Below are positions 16,129 through 23,816 of a DNA stretch of 41,983 bases, piece after piece. Source of the DNA: Candidatus Levyibacteriota bacterium (GTDB lineage Bacteria > Patescibacteriota > Microgenomatia > Levybacterales > UBA12049); assembly GCA_016204425.1 (NCBI GenBank), contig JACQKR010000046.1, positions 1 to 41,983 of the forward strand. The letters are read 5' to 3'. The first letter of the stretch is position 1. Every line of letters starts with the position of its first letter. The position numbers and the translations under genes are program-made. The notes under the pieces were generated by a model, which worked only from the letters and a program-made list of their open reading frames with translations, searched no databases and was not told the DNA's origin.

Positions 16129-16223
16129 CCTCCCGAAGCCCAGCCTCATAGGGCAATTTAATAAATTGAGGAGCGGAACCCCACTTCGCTAAAGCTACGC
16201 GGGGCGAAGGGAGGTGATTTTTA
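16129..16223 (+). promoter_or_regulatory. Structured 5' leader, copy 2 of 3
   Basis: CCTCCCGAAGC (16129-16139), CCTCA..TGAGG hairpin, CCCCACTTCGC (16179-16189), TAAAGCTACGCGGG, GCGAAGGGAGG (16204-16214), TGATTTTTA, ATG at 16224. A possible promoter TTGACA-16-TATATG lies at 16054-16081. Confidence 0.45.
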
Positions 16224-16619
16224 ATGGATTTCAAAAATATCTTGACACCAAGAGGCTTCTTAAGCGTCGGTGGTGTTGTCCTCATTCTTCTCGGCATTCT
16301 CGGTTTTGTCGGTGTAATCGGCCCAACAGCTTCCCAAAGTATATTAGGAACGTTCTGGTGGTTCGATAATGCAGAGAACGTTGCACACACTGTTTTGGGC
16401 GTAGTCGCACTCCTTGCCGTCTATATGGTAAAGGATGCAGCGATACATAAATGGCTTACACTGCTGGTGGGTGCATTTGCCTTGCTTGTCGGACTCTACA
16501 ATCTCGGTGGCGAGACGCTTCTTGCAGGAGCAAATCTTGAATCGCCAGCTGACATGTTTTTACATTTGCTCGTTGGTGTATGGGGACTGACTGCCGGACT
16601 GAAAGGAAAAGCGAAATAA
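16224..16619 (+). CDS. Small 4-TM membrane protein, function unknown
   Basis: 131 aa, four hydrophobic helices with an internally repeated N/D-x-x-H-x-x-x-G pattern (NAENVAHTVLG, ADMFLHLLVG). Confidence 0.7.
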   Translation: MDFKNILTPRGFLSVGGVVLILLGILGFVGVIGPTASQSILGTFWWFDNAENVAHTVLGVVALLAVYMVKDAAIHKWLTLLVGAFALLVGLYNLGGETLLAGANLESPADMFLHLLVGVWGLTAGLKGKAK

Positions 16620-16621
16620 TC

Positions 16622-17800
16622 TCAGCGATTATAATTGAGCCGTGCGTTATTCGTGCGGCTCATTTTCTTGAAAGGCTCAGACTCCCCGAGTGAGAATAGT
16701 GCCAGTGTCAGCAGCAACACCGCTCCATAAAATCCGTGTGAGAGAAAAGGAATAAATGCAATTTTTTGAGGTAGTTCAATGTTTATGCTGATAAGGAGAT
16801 AGGAGAAAAAGAGCACACCTAAAAAGGTATAGTTTTTTTGTCTCCAAAAACGCATACTAAGCGTAATGAATGGAAAGATGAGAAAGACAAAATGGTGCTG
16901 CCAAGCCAAGCTGTCAACAAGCACTAAGACAACAAGAAGCAGATTAAATGCTGCAGTATCGGAAAATCTTCTCATACGCATCCAAACGAGTGAGAAGAAT
17001 AGAAGAGAAAGGCTTATTATATTCGCAGTCATTTTACGCACAGCAAGATCGGGAATGAGTCGTGCAACAAATCCCGTTATCCCCTGGTTGTAATACACTT
17101 CTCTTCCCGAAATCTTAAGCAAATGAGGAATGAGCTCTGTAAGGTAGTAGATATAGATAGTAATGCCATAGGAAAGTATTGTAATGCCAACAAAGATGCA
17201 AACAGTGCTACTGGTAACAAAAAGAAACTTCCATGATTTTCTGAGAAGAAAAAAAAGCGTAAGAACGATAAATAACGGTTTGATGATTACTGCAATGCCA
17301 AAAAGAATCCCCCCTTTGTACAATTTTTTTTGCGTAAACAGATGGAAAGAGTAAAGGAGGATTGCATACGCCAGGAAATTACTCTGACCCATGCCAAGTG
17401 TAAATTGCGTTGGAAATGAAAAGACAATGAATGGGGTAAACAATAAGACAGCAAACGACAGGCTTTTTACCTGAAGATGTTTCAAGATTACATACAGGCT
17501 CAAGAAAATGCTAACAATACTCAATACGGTGAAAAGCGTTTGGGCTGCTGTATAAGGAAACAGTAAAAAAGGAACATAACCTAATCCGGTTACAATAGGA
17601 TATCCAAGCCCGGTAAAAAGTGTCGGGTCTTCATAGGGATTTGTGCCGTTTAGGATATTTCTTGCCGTGCCGTAAAAAACAGTGAAGTCTGGAGCCTTGC
17701 CCAGTGAGATAGATGCTACTGCTTCGCCAAGGTAGAGTATGCTGATCAAAAAAAGCAGCATTATACTCCAACGAACGAGTTGACTTTTTTCCATAAACAC
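16622..17800 (-). CDS. GT-C fold membrane glycosyltransferase (DUF2029 / GT87-like)
   Basis: 392 aa with more than 9 TM helices. N-terminal loop motif APDFTVFYGTARNILNGTNPYED matches the D..Y....G.nPY loop of DUF2029-type mannosyltransferases (from memory). Confidence 0.7.
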   Translation of the reverse strand: MFMEKSQLVRWSIMLLFLISILYLGEAVASISLGKAPDFTVFYGTARNILNGTNPYEDPTLFTGLGYPIVTGLGYVPFLLFPYTAAQTLFTVLSIVSIFLSLYVILKHLQVKSLSFAVLLFTPFIVFSFPTQFTLGMGQSNFLAYAILLYSFHLFTQKKLYKGGILFGIAVIIKPLFIVLTLFFLLRKSWKFLFVTSSTVCIFVGITILSYGITIYIYYLTELIPHLLKISGREVYYNQGITGFVARLIPDLAVRKMTANIISLSLLFFSLVWMRMRRFSDTAAFNLLLVVLVLVDSLAWQHHFVFLIFPFITLSMRFWRQKNYTFLGVLFFSYLLISINIELPQKIAFIPFLSHGFYGAVLLLTLALFSLGESEPFKKMSRTNNARLNYNR

Positions 17801-17869
17801 AGCGTTCTCACGAAAATCTTACGAGATCTACACTGTTTCATCATACAGAACAATTACGATAAATGCGAA

Positions 17870-18124
17870 ATGTATACTACTATGGATCAATACGATAACG
17901 ATTTTAGCTTTGCACGGCGTACACGGGATATCTCTTGGGTTCCGTTTTTATTGATTCCGCTTTTCTTTCTTCTCGGGTGGGTAGCAAATGAGGTATCCGA
18001 AAATCAACAGCAGCAAGAAGGAATAGAGGTGGGTATCGGTGGGGGTCCGGATGTTATCATGCCCCCCGGTCTCATTGACCCTCGTGGAAGCCAGACGAAT
18101 AATGGAAATATTCAAACGCCTTAA
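17870..18124 (+). CDS. Hypothetical small membrane protein
   Basis: ATG at 17870. One TM helix (ISWVPFLLIPLFFLLGWVA) followed by a Q/G-rich tail. Start and reality are uncertain. Confidence 0.4.
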   Translation: MYTTMDQYDNDFSFARRTRDISWVPFLLIPLFFLLGWVANEVSENQQQQEGIEVGIGGGPDVIMPPGLIDPRGSQTNNGNIQTP

Positions 18125-18135
18125 TATAAGTCAAA

Positions 18136-18741
18136 CTACTCTGCGCTTTTTGCAGCATAAGGGGATGGACGAAGCGGTGTAATCTTTGGGAATGTTTTTA
18201 CTTTGTGCTGGTTTTGCGTCGATGCGCCCAGAATAGTGTGTTCTGTATGATCTAGCTGTATGCTTTTGATCGTGACGATATAGTGAATCGGTGACCAAAT
18301 TGAGGCTTGAACGCTTTTAACATCGGTAATGTTTTTGATCCCTTGAAACGTGTTAAGAGGAATCGTTACTGTTTGTTCTCCGTTATAGCAATTTTTTCCA
18401 AAAGAAAATGCATGTACCGCGCCAATGCTATTGTCTTTTGTAATGAGGGTGATCGTTGATGCTTCTTCAGGAAGGAGGCAGGTACCCTGCAAGTCGTAGA
18501 CGACCCTCATAACGTTTGCGTTTGTTTTTCCAAGAGGAGCTATTGTCTGCATTTGTTTCGTGAATGTCTTTGTTCCCGAGAGTACCATGGGGGAAGACAG
18601 GAGTTCTCTTGGCAACGCCGCTTCAATATCTCCTACCGTACGGTACGCAAAGACCGCAATTACGCATACGGCAAAGAAAAGAACCAGAACAAATACATAT
18701 GTCCGTTTGGAGTTCTTCTTTACTGGTATTTCGTCATTCAT
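18136..18741 (-). CDS. Secreted or anchored protein carrying one copy of a Cys-containing beta-domain shared with the upstream gene
   Basis: 201 aa with an N-terminal TM helix. The domain (VYDLQGTCLLPEEAS..FGKNCYNGEQTVTIPLNTF) is paralogous to residues in 18738..20378. Its ATG overlaps the upstream stop (ATGA). Confidence 0.6.
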   Translation of the reverse strand: MNDEIPVKKNSKRTYVFVLVLFFAVCVIAVFAYRTVGDIEAALPRELLSSPMVLSGTKTFTKQMQTIAPLGKTNANVMRVVYDLQGTCLLPEEASTITLITKDNSIGAVHAFSFGKNCYNGEQTVTIPLNTFQGIKNITDVKSVQASIWSPIHYIVTIKSIQLDHTEHTILGASTQNQHKVKTFPKITPLRPSPYAAKSAE

Positions 18742-20378
18742 TGAAGAAACGGTGTTTTATAAAATCGTTGGACATCGGCAAATTGGGGCTTATCCAAGAA
18801 TTGTTCCGTAATGAGCTCTTCGTTGCCGCCAACACCAAAGTGCCAGTAGTTAAATCCAACGACGCTCTGCCGTTTTGAAGCACTCATTGACTGTAAAACT
18901 TGCGTTTTTGTATCTGTGCCGTTAATTGTTCCCCACTCACCGATGACAATGGGTATATTCGGGTACCGCCGTTCCAGCTCATCCAAATCATTTTTCATTG
19001 TATCACCCACAATTTCAGGATAGTGATCAATCGTAATATTACCCATCTTCAGAACCGTCGCATCCTCAAGAATGCCATCCCAGTCCGGGTTATTATCTCC
19101 CCACGCAATGAATCCGTCAAATCCAAAGTACCCTATCTTCATTTTACCTCTCAGACCAATCGTCGCAAAAGACGCTTCTGCAGTATCCATCGCAGCCCGT
19201 AACCACGCATTAAAATCAGCAGCGTTTCTGAAAATACACACGTTTTGCGGACAATAATTGACGCCGTTGATGCCGCCGTTTTGTGGTTCCGGGATTGGGG
19301 TAAATATATCTCCTTCTTGAAAGAATGTCGGATTAGACTTAATGTAGTTTGCAATAAGCGCAAGATAATCAGCTGAAGGATTCTTTGAAGCGTTGTAAAT
19401 TCCCTCAAATGCAAGCGGCATGTGCCTGTGCCATACCCGTATACCCTGTTTTCGTATTGCATTGATCCACTTTGCCGTATATGCCTGTGCATTGCCGCAG
19501 GCAGGGTTATCATATGGAGTTTCAAGCGATACGTAATTTGCACCGAGTTCTTGTGCTTTTGCCGTCCATGTATTGATGAATGCTTCTGACCGCTGTGCAC
19601 ATATCCGGTCCTTTGTTTCCTTCATTGATGATACGCTCTGAATGCTCCATGTGCCGCGGAATGATAGCGTGTGTTGTGCCATAGGAGCGACTGTCGGTTG
19701 CAGGAATGCTTGAGACGATGTTATGAAAGGTGTTGCCGTCTGAAAAGGAGTAGGCGTTAACGTAGGAGTGAAAGTCGGCGTTAAGGAGGGTAAAGGCGTG
19801 AGTGTTGGGAATGTAGTCAGCGTTGGGAAGATAGCAGATGCTGGCGAAGGAGTTGCCTTTGCCTGAGTATTCATGTTTCCGAGCCCCGGCTGCGCCTTGA
19901 CAACAAGTGCGGTTGATGAGAGCAATTCAGCACTGAGGATATCGATATCATACCCTTTGGAATGCCATATCCGGGTATGAAATGTGCCGACTTGTTTGGA
20001 TGCATCCAGTTTGCCAAAATCCCTGAGTGGGATATCGACGATCTGATACCCGTTATAGCAGTTTTTTCCATACCTTGAGAGAGAAATATACCGCCAGGTT
20101 GTATTGATCGGCTGGTCAAAAATAAGTGCTGAGGCATCTCCTCCGAGAAGGCATGCGCCTTTCAGGTTATAGGTAAGCCGTAGTGTCTTTCCCCCCTTCA
20201 GCGCATTCGGGTCAATAAGCTGATATTGCTCTTTCGGCCCGCCCTTTTTTGAAGAAAGTTTCCAGGGCTTGGTCAGAAGTTGTACGCGGGTTTCGGCACT
20301 GACAACGCGAGGGAAAAGCACGGCAGCAAATGCCAATAAGACAACAAAAAACAATAATCGCTTGGGCAGGCAATTCAT
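18738..20378 (-). CDS. Secreted glycoside-hydrolase-like (GH5/TIM-barrel-like) protein with N-terminal binding-like domain and P/T linker
   Basis: Signal peptide MNCLPKRLLFFVVLLAFAAVLFPRVVSA (ATG at 20378 preferred). N-terminal domain TYNLKGACLLGGDAS..YGKNCYNGYQIVDIPLRDF. PT-rich linker. C-terminal region with PEPQNGG and IVIGEWGT (GH5-like acid/base and nucleophile motifs, by eye). Confidence 0.62.
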   Translation of the reverse strand: MNCLPKRLLFFVVLLAFAAVLFPRVVSAETRVQLLTKPWKLSSKKGGPKEQYQLIDPNALKGGKTLRLTYNLKGACLLGGDASALIFDQPINTTWRYISLSRYGKNCYNGYQIVDIPLRDFGKLDASKQVGTFHTRIWHSKGYDIDILSAELLSSTALVVKAQPGLGNMNTQAKATPSPASAIFPTLTTFPTLTPLPSLTPTFTPTLTPTPFQTATPFITSSQAFLQPTVAPMAQHTLSFRGTWSIQSVSSMKETKDRICAQRSEAFINTWTAKAQELGANYVSLETPYDNPACGNAQAYTAKWINAIRKQGIRVWHRHMPLAFEGIYNASKNPSADYLALIANYIKSNPTFFQEGDIFTPIPEPQNGGINGVNYCPQNVCIFRNAADFNAWLRAAMDTAEASFATIGLRGKMKIGYFGFDGFIAWGDNNPDWDGILEDATVLKMGNITIDHYPEIVGDTMKNDLDELERRYPNIPIVIGEWGTINGTDTKTQVLQSMSASKRQSVVGFNYWHFGVGGNEELITEQFLDKPQFADVQRFYKTPFLQ

Positions 20379-20490
20379 CAGTTGGTGCAAGGAACAACTA
20401 CCTGTAGTGTGAAAATCGACCTTGCATACCATTATGCAGGAAATTTTCACAAGATTGCAAGCTCAACAATAAAAAGAGTATAATGCGGCC

Positions 20491-20757
20491 ATGGTGTTTA
20501 TTTATCTACTTATTGGGGCACTTGGTGTCGCTATTTGTTATTTCGGAGTGACTATGGTATTCGGCAGTAAATGGGCTGCAAATATAATGAACTTACTTTC
20601 GATATTAGGCGGAGATCATGTTATTAACCATGAAGATACAGGAAGCAAATCTGTCAAAAAAGAATCATCACAGCTTCTTGGCATTGCACTGCTTGTTATA
20701 GGCATTGGGCTGTTCCTTTACGGAATACTCCAGGTTGCTTCAATATTGAGTAGATAA
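20491..20757 (+). CDS. Small membrane protein, unknown function
   Basis: 88 aa with hydrophobic N- and C-terminal helices and a charged middle. Confidence 0.55.
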   Translation: MVFIYLLIGALGVAICYFGVTMVFGSKWAANIMNLLSILGGDHVINHEDTGSKSVKKESSQLLGIALLVIGIGLFLYGILQVASILSR

Positions 20758-20805
20758 TTTTTCTTTATTTGTATTTTCATTTGCGAGGGCCTATAATGCG
20801 GTTAT

Positions 20806-21375
20806 ATGCTGACCAGAAGTGTTGAAAGTATCGAAGGCAGAGGCTTACCCCAGGGCATAGGAGGCCCGGCACTTCCGGGAGAAGTGCTCGTATCTGCTGA
20901 TTTGGATCTCCAAGAAGCTCCTGTTGCTACCGTAATTTTTCCAGGTACTTTGTCATACGGTGATTATCATGATGCGGGTGGCGTTTTCAATGAAGGTCAT
21001 TATGATGAATTTGTCCGTGCAGGCATAGATGGTTTAAATGGGCACGGGGACTTTCAGCCCGTTCATCTGTCTCAAGCTCGATCACTAGCAAGAGAAGTCA
21101 AATTGACGCCTGGGCAAGAGCACGTTGTCGCAGCTTTTTATGCTGTCTTAATGGAGGCCGATACGCGTGCTCCAAGTCTTGATTCATGGACGGGTGCAAA
21201 TGCCGATCAAATTAAGTTTGCTGAAGCTTTACGCGTCACTCATGGAGGAGAGGTATTCAACGCATTTACCAATAGCTATCCAAATATTTGGAAGGTGAAG
21301 AAGGAAGAGGAGGCAACCCCCATATACGCACCCCGCTCTACAATTTTAGCCGTAGACAGATCTTCCGTTGAGTAA
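20806..21375 (+). CDS. Hypothetical cytoplasmic protein
   Basis: 189-aa ORF, protein-like composition, no motif I recognise. Confidence 0.5.
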   Translation: MLTRSVESIEGRGLPQGIGGPALPGEVLVSADLDLQEAPVATVIFPGTLSYGDYHDAGGVFNEGHYDEFVRAGIDGLNGHGDFQPVHLSQARSLAREVKLTPGQEHVVAAFYAVLMEADTRAPSLDSWTGANADQIKFAEALRVTHGGEVFNAFTNSYPNIWKVKKEEEATPIYAPRSTILAVDRSSVE

Positions 21376-21420
21376 CTGACAAAGTTTCCCTCACATATAC
21401 CATCGAAAGTATCATTCCCG

Positions 21421-21452
21421 CAACAAAAGCCCCCGGCGTCCCGAGGGCTTTG
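21421..21452 (-). terminator. Intrinsic terminator between convergent genes
   Basis: Stem AAAGCCC-C-CGG / CCG-A-GGGCTTT (21426-21451). On the minus strand it is followed by TTTTGTTG. Confidence 0.5.
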
Positions 21453-21481
21453 CTGTGAAAGAGTATCTATAATCAACAATC

Positions 21482-22318
21482 TTAATTGTGATTAGTGTAA
21501 CTGACACATTCCCCTTGATTATTGAATGTAGGATTATTGAATGTTTTCCACCCATCATCCTTACATGCGTCCTTATTAGCTGGCGGTCCAACGACTGGTA
21601 CAATATCAGACTTCTCAGAATTATCAATTGCGAGAAAGCTGAAATCACTCGTAACAAACCAGCCGTACCTGTTGCCACCAACTGTTGAGCCGATGACATC
21701 AGTTGGGTCAGAAAGAGTCCATGAGTGCAGGACTGTACCACTACTATTCAAAACATCCATTACAACTTCCAGAATACCTGAACCGTTGTCTTGGAATGTA
21801 TGGCGGAGTGTATACCACCCTGACTGATTTACGAAAAATGGGTCTCTTCCCGGATTTGATGGCCACCCCGGAGCATTATTGCTCGCGCTCATTGCAAACT
21901 GTCCTGAAACGAGCGGATCTGTACCGACACTAAATATGAAATCTCTTCTATGGGTGTTAGCGGGTGTGCTAATTGCTGAAGAGAAATCGAATCTCTTATC
22001 TGTGCCGATTGTTGGATTCTCTCCCATATCAAGGTAAACATCAATCTTTGTCACGTATCCATTTGTAGGAAAGGTACTTTCATATCCACCCCATTTGGTA
22101 AATGCGTCTGCATCAACCTCGGCATGAAATGAACCATCTGCGGATGTTACTCCATTAGTACCACTTGCAACCCTAGTTATGTTTGTCGGATCAGTAAACC
22201 ATCCGTCCGTATTTATTTCAAATCCTTGGAAAAAATTTGCTGCAAATGCCGGGACAATACTTGCTCCGAGCATTGCTACTGATGCTGCTGTTCCTATTAA
22301 AATTTTTTTAATATTCAT
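21482..22318 (-). CDS. Secreted protein, unknown function, with a C-terminal Cys-pair motif
   Basis: ATG at 22318-22316 behind AAGGGGGGTGA (the ORF-track GTG at 22327 lies inside the SD). Signal peptide MNIKKILIGTAASVAMLGASIVPAFA. C-terminus KDACKDDGWKTFNNPTFNNQGECVSY. Confidence 0.68.
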   Translation of the reverse strand: MNIKKILIGTAASVAMLGASIVPAFAANFFQGFEINTDGWFTDPTNITRVASGTNGVTSADGSFHAEVDADAFTKWGGYESTFPTNGYVTKIDVYLDMGENPTIGTDKRFDFSSAISTPANTHRRDFIFSVGTDPLVSGQFAMSASNNAPGWPSNPGRDPFFVNQSGWYTLRHTFQDNGSGILEVVMDVLNSSGTVLHSWTLSDPTDVIGSTVGGNRYGWFVTSDFSFLAIDNSEKSDIVPVVGPPANKDACKDDGWKTFNNPTFNNQGECVSYTNHN

Positions 22319-22460
22319 AGTATTCACCCCCCTTCGCCCTCCGAAGCTTTATGCGTAGGAGGGTTTCGCACCTCTATTTTCTCTTAATGATATCTCAGTT
22401 GAGGTTCTGAGCTTCGGGGGATCTCCGGCTTATGCCTTCGACCTCCTTTCACCGGAAGTT
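22319..22460 (-). promoter_or_regulatory. Structured 5' leader, copy 3 of 3
   Basis: In gene orientation: CCCCCGAAGC (rc of 22411-22420), 47 nt containing CCTCA..GAGG, CCCTCCTACGC (rc of 22353-22363), ATAAAGCTTCGGAGG, GCGAAGGGGGG (rc of 22327-22337), TGAATACT, ATG. Confidence 0.45.
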
Positions 22461-22717
22461 GATGTAAATGTTTTTGTAAGTTTGAAAAAGCGTTTGAGTT
22501 AAGCAAAAGAAAAGAGGAAATAAAGAAGGAGCGCACGAAAATCCTGCCATTTTCATAATACAGTTGTACTCCTTTCAGCCCGTCCTGTCAATCCCATAGA
22601 AAACCGTAAATTGTGAGCGGAGGATAATTTTTGACATTCAAAACCTCTACAAGTTTCTGATATAATGTGATCAAATTTGAAAGAATAATAGTGCAAGATG
22701 GAAGGAGGTAAGAAAAA

Positions 22718-23098
22718 ATGATTCAAGGAATTGAAAGTATTGTGCTCTTCAGCGAAAATCCACAAGCGCTTGGTGCGTTTTATTCCCAAAAAGTCGGATT
22801 AAAGCGAACCATGGAAATGGAGGTTGGAGAAAAAGGAGAAAAGGGTTTTGCATTTGAAATGAAAGGTTGCAGTCTTTATATAATGCATCACTCGAAAGTG
22901 TCCGGCAAAAACAAGGAGTCAGAAAGAATCATGTTTAATTTGGAAACCGATAACATTGAAGAGGAAGTAAAAAAACTCGATAAAGCAGGAGTGAAGAAAG
23001 TGCAAGACACGTACCATATGGAAAACTACGGTCATATCGCAACCTTTGAAGATGTAGACGGCAATTATTTCCAGCTGGTACAAGTTCGAGCGAGTTAG
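22718..23098 (+). CDS. Glyoxalase/bleomycin-resistance/VOC family protein
   Basis: 126 aa with GGAGG SD. Paired beta-alpha-beta-beta-beta text (IESIVLFSENPQALGAFYSQKVGLK ... HIATFEDVDGNYFQLVQ). Confidence 0.8.
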   Translation: MIQGIESIVLFSENPQALGAFYSQKVGLKRTMEMEVGEKGEKGFAFEMKGCSLYIMHHSKVSGKNKESERIMFNLETDNIEEEVKKLDKAGVKKVQDTYHMENYGHIATFEDVDGNYFQLVQVRAS

Positions 23099-23321
23099 AA
23101 AAGTACTCAAGTAGCAGATCGATTTTTCAGAATATTGCTAGCACTTGGCGATAGGACGTTTGTTAATGCTGCATATACACAGGCTTACGGTGCGAAGTAT
23201 CCTGATATTAGTGTAACTGTTTTCCCAAATCAAAAAATTTAAGGAATCCTCTTTTAAGTTTTACTCAATATAAGTAAGCTGAAAAACTGCGTGAATTTTG
23301 TTACAATACTACGTGATTCTC

Positions 23322-23393
23322 GGGCCCGTAGCTCAACGGTAGAGCACTACCCTCTTAAGGTATTGGTTAGAGGTTCGAATCCTCTCGGGCTCA
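23322..23393 (+). tRNA. tRNA-Lys (anticodon CUU), no encoded CCA
   Basis: Acceptor GGGCCCG/CGGGCTC, D arm GCTC-AACGGTA-GAGC, anticodon loop CTCTTAA, T arm AGAGG-TTCGAAT-CCTCT, discriminator A. Confidence 0.9.
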
Positions 23394-23515
23394 CAACGAA
23401 AAATCTTGTGCTTTAGTACGGGATTTTTCGTTCATGACAATGAGAGAATCGTCTCGAATCCGGAGCTCCGCAGAGCGACGTCCTGGAACGAAGCGAACGG
23501 GACTCTCGGGCTCAC
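23394..23515 (+). repeat. tRNA-Lys trailer element, copy 2, ending in a perfect 13-nt echo of the tRNA 3' terminus
   Basis: Hairpin AACGAAAAAT..ATTTTTCGTT, whose stem changes compensate relative to copy 1. Then CATGACAATGAGAGAATCGTCTCGAATCCGGA (TCTCGAATC at 23452-23460), ..CGGGAC, and CTCTCGGGCTCAC (23503-23515), identical to 23382-23394. Confidence 0.55.
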
Positions 23516-23526
23516 TGCATTCCTGA

Positions 23527-23554
23527 TTGCATTTTGTCTAAACATGAGTATAAT
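23527..23554 (+). promoter_or_regulatory. Sigma70-like promoter TTGCAT-16-TATAAT for the T-box leader operon
   Basis: TTGCAT at 23527-23532, 16-nt spacer, TATAAT at 23549-23554. Confidence 0.5.
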
Positions 23555-23560
23555 ACTCAA

Positions 23561-23816
23561 AGAGGCGTCGAAGCTCAAAACAGAGCTGAGCCAGGGGAAG
23601 AAATCCCGCCATTAGGCGGAAGAGTAGAACCCTTCGGGAGTGCCCGTAACAGCACTGAATGAGAAGTCCGCCTTCTCCCGATTACATCGGGATTCGGCGA
23701 GACGAAGTAAGGTGGCACCACGAACAAAGTTCAAAGTTTAAAGTTGAAAGTACAAAGTTAAACCTTGAAAATGATCGTCCTTGCGAAAGCTAAATGCTTT
23801 TGAGAGGGCGTTTTTT
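23561..23816 (+). promoter_or_regulatory. T-box-like riboswitch leader (tRNA-sensing) with an enlarged antiterminator loop
   Basis: T-box sequence AAGTAAGGTGGCACCACG (23705-23722). Antiterminator: A1 GTAAGG (23707-12) / CCTTGC (23779-84), 7-nt bulge TGGCACC, A2 ACGA (23720-23) / TCGT (23775-78). The competing hairpin CGTCCT..AAAGC-TAAAT-GCTTT..AGGGCG (23776-23810) contains the GAGAGGG SD and is followed by T6 and the ATG at 23817. AGTA and CCGTAA (F-box-like) elements lie upstream. Specifier codon not identified. Confidence 0.65.

Noticed and set aside
23406-23615. 69-aa ORF listed in the six-frame track
   Set aside because: It spans the tRNA-Lys trailer, the echo of the tRNA 3' end, a promoter and the start of the T-box leader. 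Its homolog position after the other tRNA-Lys is not open in any conserved frame, so it is most likely non-coding.
23722-23770. AAAGTT-type tandem repeats (caaagttcaaagtttaaagttgaaagtacaaagtt) as a CRISPR array or microsatellite locus
   Set aside because: The units are only 6-7 nt with no spacers. The segment forms a single AU-rich palindrome inside the T-box antiterminator loop. No CRISPR-like repeat-spacer periodicity exists anywhere in the window.
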